From an uncultured delta proteobacterium (GTDB taxonomy: Bacteria; Desulfobacterota; Binatia; DP-6), in the NCBI GenBank assembly GCA_963815115.1, contig CAWFFN010000005.1, forward strand, positions 1,280,001 to 1,344,000: 64,000 nucleotides of DNA, read 5' to 3'. A program made the translations under genes and the position numbers. Positions within the stretch are counted from its first letter, which is position 1. Every line of letters begins with the position of its first letter. Below are positions 32,974 to 42,986 of this stretch, piece after piece. The notes below the pieces were generated by a model. That model made no database searches, had not been told where the DNA came from, and saw only the letters and a list, made by a program, of their open reading frames with translations.

Positions 32974-34080
32974 ATGGCGGTACGGACGATCGAATGGAGA
33001 AACGGCAGCGTGGTCATGATCGACCAGCGACTGCTGCCCTCGCGCGAGGTCTACCGGGTGTATCGCGATCACCGCGAGGTGGCGCGTGCGATCAAGGACA
33101 TGGTCATCCGCGGCGCACCCGCCATCGGCGTAGCCGCGGCGATGGGCATCGCGCTCGGGGCGCGCTCGCTGCGGCCCGGCGATCTGGCCCGCGACTTCGA
33201 ACGGCTCTGCCGCGGCTTCGCGGCGACACGGCCGACGGCGGTCAACCTGTTCTGGGCCATCGAGCGCATGCGGCGGGTGTTCGTGCGCAACCAGCACCGG
33301 CCGATCGACACCCTGCGCACGCTGCTCGAGCGCGAGGCGCTCGCGATGCACGACGAGGACGTGGCCGCGAACCGGCGCATGGGAGAGTACGGCGCGGCGC
33401 TCATCGAGGACGGAGCCACCATCCTCACGCACTGCAACGCCGGCGCGCTCGCCACCGCTGGCTACGGCACGGCGCTGGGTGTCGTGCGGGCCGCGCGCGA
33501 GGCCGGCAAGCGCGTCCAGGTGATCGCCTGCGAGACCCGCCCCTTCCTCCAGGGCGCGCGGCTGACGGCCTGGGAGCTCAAGCGCGACCGCATCCCGGTG
33601 ACGCTCATCACGGACAACATGGCGGCGCACTTCATGCAACGTGGCAAGGTGAGCTGCGTCGTCGTCGGCGCCGACCGCGTCGCGGCCAACGGCGACGTCG
33701 CGAACAAGATCGGCACGTACGGCCATGCCGTCCTGGCGCACCGGCACGCCATTCCGTTCTACGTGGCCGCGCCGCTCTCGACGCTCGATCTGGCCTGTGC
33801 GCGCGGCGAGCAGATCCCGATCGAGGAGCGCCCCGCTCGCGAGGTCTCCCACGTCTTCGACCGTCAGGTGGCGCCGAGCGGCGTCAAGATCGCCAACCCC
33901 GCGTTCGACGTCACGCCGAGCGAGCTGGTCACGGCGATCATCACCGAGCGCGGCGTCGCCCGCCAGCCGCTCGGCCGGACGCTGGCGCGCCTGGCGAGCG
34001 GCTCCGCCGCGACGCGGCCCGCGCGGGCGGAGCGCCGGCCGGAGCGACGCCGCGAAGCGCGCAAGGAACGCCGCCGCTAG
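32974..34080 (+). CDS. mtnA: S-methyl-5-thioribose-1-phosphate isomerase
   Basis: [52 protein letters not shown]. Confidence 0.96.
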   Translation: MAVRTIEWRNGSVVMIDQRLLPSREVYRVYRDHREVARAIKDMVIRGAPAIGVAAAMGIALGARSLRPGDLARDFERLCRGFAATRPTAVNLFWAIERMRRVFVRNQHRPIDTLRTLLEREALAMHDEDVAANRRMGEYGAALIEDGATILTHCNAGALATAGYGTALGVVRAAREAGKRVQVIACETRPFLQGARLTAWELKRDRIPVTLITDNMAAHFMQRGKVSCVVVGADRVAANGDVANKIGTYGHAVLAHRHAIPFYVAAPLSTLDLACARGEQIPIEERPAREVSHVFDRQVAPSGVKIANPAFDVTPSELVTAIITERGVARQPLGRTLARLASGSAATRPARAERRPERRREARKERRR

Positions 34081-34084
34081 GAGG

Positions 34085-34111
34085 GCGGCCCGAGACTCCG
34101 TCTCGGGCCGC
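34085..34111. terminator. Hairpin between convergent mtnA and nagZ
   Basis: 12-bp stem GCGGCCCGAGAC-TCC-GTCTCGGGCCGC. Confidence 0.65.
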
Positions 34112-34117
34112 GCTGCT

Positions 34118-35188
34118 CTATCCCCCGAGCCGGCGCGCGAGCCGCGCGTGCGCTGGCCAGGCGAGCCGGCTGTCGCGGCGGCGTCGCCGGCGGAGCGTGG
34201 CGGCGCGGCGGCGGAGCCCGTGGATGCGGAGCAGCGAGCCGGCCACCTGCCTCGCATCGAGCCTGCCGCGCTCGACGGCGCGCTCGACCCCCTCCATCGC
34301 CCGCACCGCGGCCTCGAGCGACTGGCAGGCGACCAGCATGTCACAGCCGGCCTCGAGCGCCGCCACCGCGATCCGCTCGGGCGAGCGCTTCCCGGCGACC
34401 GCGCCCATGTCGAGGTCGTCGCTGAAGAGCACGCCGCGAAACCCGAGCCGCCGCCGCAGCAGGTCGCGGCAGATGCGCGGCGACAGCGTCGCCGGGCGGC
34501 GCGGATCGAGGGCCGTGTAGACGACGTGGGCCGTCATCAGGGCGGGAAGGCCGGCGCCGACGGCGCGCGCGAAGGGCACGAGGTCGCGCTCCGCCAGCAT
34601 GCGTCGCGAGAGCCGCACCCGCGGGAGAACGAAATGCGAGTCGCCGGCCGTGCTGCCGTGTCCGGGGAAGTGCTTGCCGCAGGCCACGACCCCGCCGCGC
34701 GCGAGGCCACGAGCGAGAGCGAGGCCGAAGCGTGCCACGCGTTGCGGCGTCGCGCCGAAGGCGCGATCGCCGATCACCTGGTTGCGCGGGTTCGACAGCA
34801 CGTCGAGCACGGGCGCGAAGTCGAGGTCGATTCCCACCGCGGCGAGCTCGCGCGCCATGGCCAGCCCGACCGCTTCGATCGCGCGGGCATCGCCGTTGGC
34901 AGCGACGGTGGCGGCGGGCGGGAAGTGGGTGAAGGGTCTCGGCAGGCGGTCGACGCGACCACCCTCGTGGTCGATGGCGATCAGCGGGGCGACCCCGGCC
35001 CCCAGCTCGTGCAGCGAGGCGACGAGGTCGCGGAGCTGGCCGGCGGAGCGGATGTTGCGGCGGAAGAGCACGACGCCGCCAGGCGGGTGCTCGGTGAGGA
35101 CGCGGCGGGTGGCGGGGTCGAGCGCGGGGCCCGGGATCCCGGTCATGAACAGGCCCGAGACGGTCCGGCGGAGCAGGCTGGTGGCCAT
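34118..35188 (-). CDS. nagZ: Beta-N-acetylhexosaminidase (GH3)
   Basis: IDHEGGRV, FAPVLD, KHFPGHG...DSH, SDDLDM. Confidence 0.93.
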   Translation of the reverse strand: MATSLLRRTVSGLFMTGIPGPALDPATRRVLTEHPPGGVVLFRRNIRSAGQLRDLVASLHELGAGVAPLIAIDHEGGRVDRLPRPFTHFPPAATVAANGDARAIEAVGLAMARELAAVGIDLDFAPVLDVLSNPRNQVIGDRAFGATPQRVARFGLALARGLARGGVVACGKHFPGHGSTAGDSHFVLPRVRLSRRMLAERDLVPFARAVGAGLPALMTAHVVYTALDPRRPATLSPRICRDLLRRRLGFRGVLFSDDLDMGAVAGKRSPERIAVAALEAGCDMLVACQSLEAAVRAMEGVERAVERGRLDARQVAGSLLRIHGLRRRAATLRRRRRRDSRLAWPAHARLARRLGG

Positions 35189-35280
35189 TGCACGGCCTAT
35201 AGCAACGGGTCAGGCACGAACGAAGTTCTGCTGGAACGACCGACCCACCTGTGCTAGCGGTGGCGTCTGAGTAGGCGGGG

Positions 35281-35934
35281 ATGGCGGCGAACCGAAGGGT
35301 GGGGCGCTACATCGCGGTCGAGGGGCCAATCGGAGTCGGGAAGACGGCCCTCGCGAGACGGCTCGCCACCGAGTTCGGGTCGCAGCTGGTCCTCGAGCGA
35401 GTCGAAGACAACCCGTTCCTGAGCAAGTTCTACGAGGACCCCGAGCGACATGCCTTCCAGGCCCAGCTGTTCTTCACCCTCGAGCGCTACCGCCAGCAGC
35501 GCGAGCTCGAGCAGCACGGCATCGATGCCGCCGGCGGCGTGTGCGACTACCTCTTCGCCAAGGACGGCATCTTCGCCGGCGTCACCCTCAATCCGCACGA
35601 GCTGGCGCTCTACCGGCAGATCTTCCAGCTCCTCGATGCGCAGATTCCCCGGCCCGACCTGGTCATCTACCTCGAGGCCCGGCCCGACGTCCTCCTGCGA
35701 CGAATTCGCAAGCGCGACCGTGACTTCGAGCGCGGCATCACCCCGGAGTATCTGGAGCGCTTGACGGAAGCATTCCGGACCTTTTTTCATCATTATTCGG
35801 ACGCCCCACTTCTCGTGATCAACTGCTCGGACATCGACTTCGTGGAACACGGCGGCGATCTCGCCGACCTGATCAAGGAAGTCAGGGGCATGAAACAGGG
35901 GGTACAGCACTACATTCCGCTTGGATCCCGCTGA
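35281..35934 (+). CDS. Deoxynucleoside kinase
   Basis: YIAVEGPIGVGKT, NPFL..FY, PDLVIYL, RIRKRDR. Confidence 0.92.
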   Translation: MAANRRVGRYIAVEGPIGVGKTALARRLATEFGSQLVLERVEDNPFLSKFYEDPERHAFQAQLFFTLERYRQQRELEQHGIDAAGGVCDYLFAKDGIFAGVTLNPHELALYRQIFQLLDAQIPRPDLVIYLEARPDVLLRRIRKRDRDFERGITPEYLERLTEAFRTFFHHYSDAPLLVINCSDIDFVEHGGDLADLIKEVRGMKQGVQHYIPLGSR

Positions 35935-36146
35935 ACGACCCCGACCCCATTCCGGGGCGGGGATTGAACGGACCGAGACGGGCAGGCACGACGGCGCGAG
36001 CTCACGGCGAGCACTGACACTCTCCCGGCACGACCCGGGACCCCGAGCAACGCGGCAGGGGATCCGGAAGGGACGCGGCGGGACGCTCTCCCACGGCAAC
36101 GCTCCATACGGCCTCCCGGACGACCGGTCCGAGGAGGCTTTTTCAC
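35935..36146 (+). promoter_or_regulatory. Structured leader upstream of panB (pan-motif-like candidate)
   Basis: Hairpin 36111-36138 sequesters GAGGAGG and is followed by TTTTT; alternative pairing with 35970-35987. Confidence 0.5.
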
Positions 36147-36989
36147 ATGGAGACGACGCGCATCACGGTACCGGACCTGGGGCGGATGAAGGCGGCGGGG
36201 GAGCGGATCACGATGGTGACCGCCTACGACTGGACCTTCGCCCGGCTGCTGGATGCTGCCGGCGTCGAGCTGCTCCTGGTCGGCGACTCGCTCGGCAACG
36301 TGATCCAGGGCCACGACACGACGCTGCCGGTCACGCTCGACGAGATGGTCTACCACACGCGGCTGGTGACCCGCGGGGCCAGTCGCGCGCTGGTGGTCGG
36401 CGACCTGCCGTTCGGCTCCTACCAGTCGAGCCCCGAGCGCGCCGTCGAGAGCGCCGTTCGCCTGGTGAAGGAAGGCGGCGCGGCAGCGGTGAAGCTCGAG
36501 GGCGGCCTCAACATGGCGGCGACCATCGAGGCGATCGCACGCGTCGACATCCCGGTGATGGGGCACGTCGGACTCACGCCCCAGTCGGTCCACCGCATGG
36601 GTGGCCCCAAGGTCCAGGGCCGGCGTCACGGCAACGCGCCGGGCGGCCGCGGCCGCGTCCTCGACGACGCGCGAGCGGTCGAGGCGGCAGGAGCCTTCGC
36701 GGTCGTGCTCGAGGGCATCCCCCTCGATCTCGCCGCGGAGATCACGGCCGAGCTCGGCATCCCGACCATCGGCATCGGTGCGGGCGCCTTCTGCGACGGC
36801 CAGGTCCTTGTCCTGCACGACCTCCTCGGGCTCTCGCAGCGCGCGCCGAAGTTCGCCAAGGCCTACGCGGCGCTGGCGGACGAGGTCGTGCGCGCCGCCG
36901 AGGACTACGTCCGCGAGGTGAAGGCGGGCGACTTCCCGACCGATGCCCACTCGTACCACGCTCTCAAGCCGGTGGCGGCCAACGGCTGA
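36147..36989 (+). CDS. panB: Ketopantoate hydroxymethyltransferase
   Basis: [38 protein letters not shown]. Confidence 0.97.
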   Translation: METTRITVPDLGRMKAAGERITMVTAYDWTFARLLDAAGVELLLVGDSLGNVIQGHDTTLPVTLDEMVYHTRLVTRGASRALVVGDLPFGSYQSSPERAVESAVRLVKEGGAAAVKLEGGLNMAATIEAIARVDIPVMGHVGLTPQSVHRMGGPKVQGRRHGNAPGGRGRVLDDARAVEAAGAFAVVLEGIPLDLAAEITAELGIPTIGIGAGAFCDGQVLVLHDLLGLSQRAPKFAKAYAALADEVVRAAEDYVREVKAGDFPTDAHSYHALKPVAANG

Positions 36990-36999
36990 GGTGACGGCC

Positions 37000-37860
37000 A
37001 TGGAGATCATCACCGATCCCCGGGCGATGCAGGCCTGGTCCGACGGCGAGCGCCGGGCGGGCCGCCGCGTCGCCCTCGTGCCCACGATGGGCGCGCTGCA
37101 CGACGGACATCTCGAGCTGGTGCGGGTGGCGCGCGCGCGGGCCGACCGCGTCGTGGTCTCGATCTTCGTCAACCCGATCCAGTTCAACCGGCGCGACGAC
37201 TTCGAGCGCTATCCGCGCACGCTCGACGAGGACGCCGGCCTGTGCGCCACCGCCGGCGTCGACGTCGTCTACGCCCCGTCGCCGGGCGCCATGTATCCCG
37301 AGGGGTTCGCCTCCGGCGTGGAGGTGGCGGGGCTCTCCGAGCCGCTCTGCGGCCGGACGCGGCCCGGACACTTCCGCGGCGTCACCACCGTGGTGACCAA
37401 GCTGTTCAACGCGGTGCGCCCGCACTGCGCGGCGTTCGGCGAGAAGGACTGGCAGCAGCTGGCGGTGATCCGGCGGATGGCCGCCGACCTCGACACCGGG
37501 ATCGAGGTGATCGGCGTGGCGACGGTCCGCGAGGCGGACGGCCTCGCGCTCTCGAGCCGCAACCGCCTGCTCGCGACCGAGGCACGGCGGGCCGCGGTCT
37601 GCGTGCCGCGCGCCCTCGAGGCGGCCGCAGCGGCGGTGGCGGGCGGCGAGACGACGGCGCGCTCGGTCGTCGACCGGGCCGCCGCCGTGATCGCGCGCGA
37701 GCCGCAGGCGCGGCTCGAGTACGCCGAGGTCCGGGATCCCGATTCCCTGACCGAGCTGGAGGCGGTGAAGGGACCGGCGTTGCTCGCCCTGGCGGTATGG
37801 GTGGGCGGCGTGCGGCTGATCGACAATCGCATCCTGAGTCCAGGGAGAACCGAACGATGA
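37000..37860 (+). CDS. panC: Pantoate--beta-alanine ligase
   Basis: [46 protein letters not shown]. Confidence 0.97.
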   Translation: MEIITDPRAMQAWSDGERRAGRRVALVPTMGALHDGHLELVRVARARADRVVVSIFVNPIQFNRRDDFERYPRTLDEDAGLCATAGVDVVYAPSPGAMYPEGFASGVEVAGLSEPLCGRTRPGHFRGVTTVVTKLFNAVRPHCAAFGEKDWQQLAVIRRMAADLDTGIEVIGVATVREADGLALSSRNRLLATEARRAAVCVPRALEAAAAAVAGGETTARSVVDRAAAVIAREPQARLEYAEVRDPDSLTELEAVKGPALLALAVWVGGVRLIDNRILSPGRTER

Positions 37861-38279
37861 CCACGCGCAAGATGATGCGGGCCAAGATCCACCGCGCCAC
37901 CGTCACCCAGGCCGACGTCGACTACGAGGGCTCGATCACCATCGACCGCCGCCTGCTCGACGCCACCGATCTGCTGCCCAACGAGGCGGTCTGCGTGTGG
38001 AACGTCACCAACGGCCACCGCTTCGAGACCTACGCCGTCGAGGGACCGCCCGATAGCGGCGTCATCTGCGTGAACGGCGCGGCTGCGCACCTGGTCTCGC
38101 CGGGCGATCTGCTCATCATTGCCGCCTTCACCTGGATGGAGGAGGATGCGGCCCGTCGCCACCAGCCCAAGGTGGTGTTCGTCGACGAGCACAACCGCAT
38201 CCGGGAGAAGCGCGCGGAGGTTCCCGGCCCCCGCCTTCCCGAGCGCGTCGACATCGGCTTCCGGACCGCGACGGAATGA
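37857..38279 (+). CDS. panD: Aspartate 1-decarboxylase
   Basis: [26 protein letters not shown]. Confidence 0.97.
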   Translation: MTTRKMMRAKIHRATVTQADVDYEGSITIDRRLLDATDLLPNEAVCVWNVTNGHRFETYAVEGPPDSGVICVNGAAAHLVSPGDLLIIAAFTWMEEDAARRHQPKVVFVDEHNRIREKRAEVPGPRLPERVDIGFRTATE

Positions 38280-38749
38280 GCGACAAGGCCCGAGACCGCG
38301 ACATCACCGTCAACCGTCGGGCCTTCCACGAGTACCACATCGACGAGCGCCTGGAGGCCGGTCTCGCGCTCGTCGGCAGCGAGGTGAAGTCGCTACGCGA
38401 CGGGCGGGTCAACCTGAAGGACGCCTACGCGCGCTTCGTCGGCGAGGAGCTCTTTCTGATCGGCGTGCACATCAGCCCCTACGGCCCGGCGAGCCAGTTC
38501 GGGCACGAGCCCGAGCGGCACCGCAAGCTCCTGCTGCACCGGCGTGAGCTCGACAAGCTGGGAGGCAAGCTCAAGGAGCGCGGGCTCACCATGGTGCCCC
38601 TGCGTCTCTACTGGGTGAAGGGCCGTGCCAAGGTCGAGCTCGGGCTCGGGCGGGGGAAGAAGCTGTACGACAAGCGCGAGGCGATTCGCGAGCGCATGGA
38701 GAAGCGCGACGTGGACCGCGCCATGGCCGCGGGGCGACGTCGCCGCTGA
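38276..38749 (+). CDS. smpB: SsrA-binding protein
   Basis: [37 protein letters not shown]. Confidence 0.97.
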   Translation: MSDKARDRDITVNRRAFHEYHIDERLEAGLALVGSEVKSLRDGRVNLKDAYARFVGEELFLIGVHISPYGPASQFGHEPERHRKLLLHRRELDKLGGKLKERGLTMVPLRLYWVKGRAKVELGLGRGKKLYDKREAIRERMEKRDVDRAMAAGRRRR

Positions 38750-38876
38750 GCCGGCGCCCGGTTGCTTGCCGGGACGGGCGATTTCGTCTTGCCCCGATTG
38801 AAGCCTGCTGCATAAAGGTCTCGACGGGGAACGTCGCTGCTGGTCGAGGGCGCGGTGCCCGGAGGAGGACCTCGCG

Positions 38877-40400
38877 ATGCGATTGCTCGTGGCCGCCGCC
38901 GTGCTGCTGCTCGGTCTGTCCGCTCGCCCCGCCGCGAGCGCCGACTCGTTCGACGTCGTGGACGCGTTCCAGAAGGACGGTGCGTTCTCGCTGATCATCG
39001 TGCCCCACAGCTGGAACGGCGCGTTCATCGTCTACGCCCACGGCTACGACGCGGACTATCGCGACATCACGCCGTACCCGTCCGACATCACGCCTGCCAA
39101 CATCGGCTCGAAGCTGTCGGGCGCCGATCTGATCCTGCAGATTCCCCTCACCCTCGGCTACGCCGTGGGGACGACGACATACCGCTCCGTCGGGTGGGCC
39201 GTCGCCGACGCCTGGCGTGACGTCGACAACGTCCGCCGGCGATTCCGCAAGCGCGTCGGCAAGCCCACGTTCACCTACGTCTGGGGGCACTCCGAGGGCG
39301 GCATGGTCACGCAGACGGTCATCGAGAAGCGGCCGCACGACTACGACGGTGCGCTGCCGATGTGCGCGCTCGGTGCGGGAGGCCGGCGCAACCTGAACGG
39401 GGCCTGGGACCTGCGCGCCGCCTACGAATACGTCTGCGCCGGCGTGCCCGACGCCGAGTTCCGGTGCAACGTGTGCACGGACGGAACCAGCCGCTGCCTG
39501 GTCGACGCGGACTGCCCATCGGGTCAGACGTGTGGCGATCTCGAGCCGGCCTATCCGCCGGAATGGGGACTCACACCGGAGTGCAGCGAGTTCGTGCTCA
39601 AGAGGCCCGGCGACCCGAAGCCCGAGCCGCGCTTCAACGACTTCGTCGCGCGTCACGTCGGCGCGTGCTTCGGCCTCGCGGCGCCGACGCCCGACCAGCA
39701 GGCCCGCCGGGACCTCTTCCTGCGCGGCACCCAGATCCCCCCGAGTTTCCTCTTCACCGATCTCTTCTTCGCGTCCGTCGCGCTCGGGGAGATCCGCAAC
39801 CGTCGGACCGGGGGCGGCGTGCCGTGGAGCAACGACGGCGTCACCTACCGGTCGCCGGCTCTCAGCCCGGCGGAGCAGGATGCCTACAATGCCGGCGTGC
39901 CGCGAGCGACCAACGACCCTGCCGCCATGGAGTACCTCCGGCGGAACTACGAAGAGCGCGGGTACACGCAGAGCAAGATCGTCACGCTGCACGCGCTCGA
40001 CGACGGGCTGGTCATTCCGGAGAACGAGGAGAAGTACCTCGAGGTGTTCGGCACGGTGAAGCGCGAGGACCAGCTGGTGCAGCTCTACACCCCGACCGGC
40101 GGACACTGCGGCTTCACACCTGCCGAGCACGTCGCTGCCCTGACGTCGCTCTTCGCATGGGTGGAGCACGGGACGAAGCCGACCGTCGCGAGCGCGCTGG
40201 CGACGTGCAACCTGGTGGCGCCGTTCGTCGGTGGCCCGTGCCGCATCCAGGATGCCGACCCGGGCGAGTTCGGCGAGCGGGTCGTCGAGCGGCGCCAGAA
40301 GGGGCTCTCGCTCCGCGACCTCGTGTGCAAGGGCGATCCCGGCGATTGCCCGGACGGCGTGTCGTGCTCGCCGCGAACCGATCGCTGCACGGTGCGGTGA
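38877..40400 (+). CDS. Secreted alpha/beta hydrolase with Cys-rich inserts
   Basis: Signal peptide; WNG...YAHGY; GHSEG; YDGALPMC; GGHCGF. Confidence 0.8.
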   Translation: MRLLVAAAVLLLGLSARPAASADSFDVVDAFQKDGAFSLIIVPHSWNGAFIVYAHGYDADYRDITPYPSDITPANIGSKLSGADLILQIPLTLGYAVGTTTYRSVGWAVADAWRDVDNVRRRFRKRVGKPTFTYVWGHSEGGMVTQTVIEKRPHDYDGALPMCALGAGGRRNLNGAWDLRAAYEYVCAGVPDAEFRCNVCTDGTSRCLVDADCPSGQTCGDLEPAYPPEWGLTPECSEFVLKRPGDPKPEPRFNDFVARHVGACFGLAAPTPDQQARRDLFLRGTQIPPSFLFTDLFFASVALGEIRNRRTGGGVPWSNDGVTYRSPALSPAEQDAYNAGVPRATNDPAAMEYLRRNYEERGYTQSKIVTLHALDDGLVIPENEEKYLEVFGTVKREDQLVQLYTPTGGHCGFTPAEHVAALTSLFAWVEHGTKPTVASALATCNLVAPFVGGPCRIQDADPGEFGERVVERRQKGLSLRDLVCKGDPGDCPDGVSCSPRTDRCTVR

Positions 40401-40412
40401 GCGAGGGCCAGA

Positions 40413-40440
40413 CCTGACGCCGCCTCCGGGCGGCGTCAGG
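40413..40440. terminator. Hairpin between convergent genes
   Basis: 12-bp stem CCTGACGCCGCC-TCCG-GGCGGCGTCAGG. Confidence 0.65.
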
Positions 40441-41290
40441 GTCGGGCAGGGTAGAGCGCCAGGGGTTCCTCGTCGATCGGGAGCGAGATCAGCTCGCCGG
40501 GACCGGAGAGCGTGACGTAGAGCACGCCGTCGCCCAGGCAGCAGTTGGTCGGCTCGCTGCCCGGGCCGGTCTCGATCACCTCGCGCACCTGGCCGTCGCG
40601 CTCGAAGACGACCAGGACGTCACCGAGGCTGCCGGCGCAGTAGAGCCGTCCGGCGCGGTCGAAGCAGAAGCCGTCGGGGAATCCCTTCGGCAGCTTCGCC
40701 CACTCGACGGGCTTGGCGCCGGGCTTCGCATCCATCACCAGCACGGTCTGCGCCATGCTCTGCGCGACGTAGAGGCGGTCGTCGGGGCCGAACGCGATGC
40801 CGTTCGGGAAGAACGGCACCTCGGAGAGCAGCTCGACGCGACCGTCGAGCGACGTGCGCGCGACCCGCCCGACCCCGAGGTTCTGGAGGTCCTCCCAGTT
40901 GTGCGGATCGGTGTAGTAGAGCAGCCCGTCGGGACCGAAGCAGAGGTCGTTCGGACGATTCGGCGGTGCGCCCGGCAGCGTCGTGGCGACGTCGCGGACC
41001 TCTCCCACGAGGCTCACGCGCTGGATGCGCCCCGGGATCGCGTCGTGGGCTTCCCACTTGCCCTCGTGCCCGAGCGAGAGCCCGCCGTTGTTGGCGACGT
41101 AGAGCGCGCCGTCCGGTCCCAGCGTGGCGCCGTTCGGTCCACCGCCGGTCCGTGCGATCGTCGACACCGACGAGCCGTCCCAGAGCGAGACGCACTGGCC
41201 GCGGATCTGTACGAAGGCGATCCGCTGCGGCCCGACCCAGACCGGTCCTTCGGGAAATCCCAGCCCCGTTGCCAGCACACGCGGCTCCAT
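40436..41290 (-). CDS. SMP-30/gluconolactonase family protein
   Basis: FPEGPVW, PNG, PNDL, FPNGIAF, PDGFCFD, PTNCC. Confidence 0.92.
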   Translation of the reverse strand: MEPRVLATGLGFPEGPVWVGPQRIAFVQIRGQCVSLWDGSSVSTIARTGGGPNGATLGPDGALYVANNGGLSLGHEGKWEAHDAIPGRIQRVSLVGEVRDVATTLPGAPPNRPNDLCFGPDGLLYYTDPHNWEDLQNLGVGRVARTSLDGRVELLSEVPFFPNGIAFGPDDRLYVAQSMAQTVLVMDAKPGAKPVEWAKLPKGFPDGFCFDRAGRLYCAGSLGDVLVVFERDGQVREVIETGPGSEPTNCCLGDGVLYVTLSGPGELISLPIDEEPLALYPARP

Positions 41291-41369
41291 GCCGCGGGTT
41301 TCTATCGCCGCGAGGAGGGGGGCACAATGGTCTTTTCACGACACGCAGCCCCTCGTGAACGCCCCTCGC

Positions 41370-41405
41370 CCGACGAGGGTGGGGCCGGAGACCCACCCTC
41401 GTCGG
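41370..41405 (-). terminator. Hairpin downstream of secreted-protein gene
   Basis: 14-bp stem CCGACGAGGGTGGG/CCCACCCTCGTCGG, 8-nt loop. Confidence 0.6.
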
Positions 41406-41428
41406 CGAGATGCCGCGTGGGGCGCGCG

Positions 41429-42073
41429 CTACCCGAGGTTGACTTCTGTCGGACCGAAGTTGACCGCCTTCAGCCCCTTGGGATCGGCGCAGGCGCCGCC
41501 GAGGGCGGTGATGCCTTCCACCGTGAGGGCCTTGGTGCTCGATGCCGCGCCGGTGCCCGTCGGGCCGCCGAAGGGGCCGGTCTGGGTCGTGCTCGCGATA
41601 TTGAACTGACCGTACGTCGCGGTGTCCGCGAACGGAGTCGCGGTGCCACCGGAGACGTCGCCGGACCCGATCGTGATGGTCGTCGTGGCGCTGCTCAGCT
41701 TCTCGACCGTCTTCCACTTGATCGTGAGGGTGCCAGCGGCCGTCGACGGGCCGAGCAGGCTGAGGCAGTCGTTGTTCGTGGCGTTGAGGAGGCCCGAGAC
41801 CGAGCCACTCACGACGGTGACGGCGGGGTTCGCGCCGTTGGGCGTCGCAACGCAGCCGCTGAGCGTGCCCTTGATCTTGATGGCGTCGGGCAATGTGCCA
41901 CCGAGAACGAGCGAGGGCTTGAAGCCGGCGGTCGCCTTGGTGAACGTGTCGCACTTGATCGTGTAGTTCGTGGCGTCGATCGGGGGAGGCCCGGCGGCGC
42001 CGGCGCTGCCGACCAACAGGCTGCCACCGATCAGAGTCGCGATCCCGCCGAGCACAGTGATCTTTCGAAACAT
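41429..42073 (-). CDS. Secreted Thr/Gly-rich beta-strand protein with 4 Cys
   Basis: AGGAGGT RBS; signal peptide ending AGA; strong GC3 bias. Confidence 0.75.
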   Translation of the reverse strand: MFRKITVLGGIATLIGGSLLVGSAGAAGPPPIDATNYTIKCDTFTKATAGFKPSLVLGGTLPDAIKIKGTLSGCVATPNGANPAVTVVSGSVSGLLNATNNDCLSLLGPSTAAGTLTIKWKTVEKLSSATTTITIGSGDVSGGTATPFADTATYGQFNIASTTQTGPFGGPTGTGAASSTKALTVEGITALGGACADPKGLKAVNFGPTEVNLG

Positions 42074-42281
42074 GTTACCCACCTCCTGTGGTTTGCGTGT
42101 AAGGGACACAGATGGTTCCGAGCGAGCCGCTGGCCCGCTCGCCTCCTAACCCGGCAAGGCGCTGCACGACGATGGCGCGAATCGTCCACCGACAGTGCGA
42201 GCAACGCCTCCGGCAAGTCCCTTCTCAGGGATAGTCTATGGCTTGGCCCCCTCGTGGGGCCGTCTCCGGCTTTCAGTGGCG

Positions 42282-42311
42282 AAGCTACACGCGGCGGCCG
42301 CCGCTGCACAA
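42282..42311 (-). promoter_or_regulatory. Possible sigma70 promoter
   Basis: TTGTGC-18nt-TAGCTT on minus strand, ~205 nt upstream of the 42073 ATG. Confidence 0.35.
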
Positions 42312-42318
42312 GCCCTTT

Positions 42319-42663
42319 TCAACGGTCGCGCTGCTCGAGGCACTGGCTGCCCGTGACGGCCAGGGTGTGATGCTCCGCGACGCCGGCGACGAAATGCTCG
42401 ACGAGCGCCGTCTTGCCGGCGCCGGCTTCGCCGGTGACGAACACCACCTGCCGCTCACCACGCAGCGCCCGCGCGAGGCGCTCCTCGAGAAGCTCGATCT
42501 CGCCGCCGCGGCCGAGAAGCTGGTCCTTCAAGACGAGCTGGCCGGGCCGCTCGATCAGCACCCCCAGGACATCGAATGCCTTGGGGGTGAGCCGGATCGC
42601 CCCGGCCGGGTCCTCGAGCCGCTGGTTGGCGCGGTCGAATCGGAAGCGGTCGAAGTGAACCAT
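42319..42663 (-). pseudogene. Internally deleted and truncated wHTH-AAA ATPase regulator
   Basis: First half of an OmpR-type wHTH (LTPKAFDVL..RPGQLVLKDQL) joined directly to LGR..E..VFVTGEAGAGKT, then an early stop. Confidence 0.75.
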
Positions 42664-42677
42664 CGTCGGTCCGGCCG

Positions 42678-42707
42678 TCTACCTGCGTTTTAACCGCGCT
42701 CTAACCG
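42678..42707. promoter_or_regulatory. 11-bp-period direct repeats (putative wHTH site)
   Basis: TCTACCTG (42678), TTTAACCG (42689), TCTAACCG (42700). Confidence 0.45.
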
Positions 42708-42752
42708 AACTCGAAGGACTGCCCGAGCCCTGGGCGCTATCCCACGCAACCA

Positions 42753-42986
42753 ATGAGCGTGCAATCCAGCCGGGACGACCAGCGGGCGCAAGAAGGCGGA
42801 CGGAACAGACCGACCGAGCGGGCCTTCGTGATCCAGTTCGACCCCGTCGAGGGCGAGCGAAGCCGCCTCCGCGGACGGGTCGAGCTGGTGGCCTCGGGCG
42901 AGGCCATCCGCTTCCGATCCCTCAAGGAGCTGGTCGGCTTCCTGGTGGGCCAGCTGCGCAGACGCGCGAAAGGAGAACGACGATGA
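42753..42986 (+). CDS. Small conserved hypothetical protein
   Basis: AFVIQF..RGRVELVASGE..RFRSLKELVGFL; ATGA coupling to the next gene. Confidence 0.65.
   Translation: MSVQSSRDDQRAQEGGRNRPTERAFVIQFDPVEGERSRLRGRVELVASGEAIRFRSLKELVGFLVGQLRRRAKGERR

Noticed and set aside
38750-38876. tmRNA next to smpB
   Set aside because: The gap is only ~125 nt and lacks tRNA-like ends.
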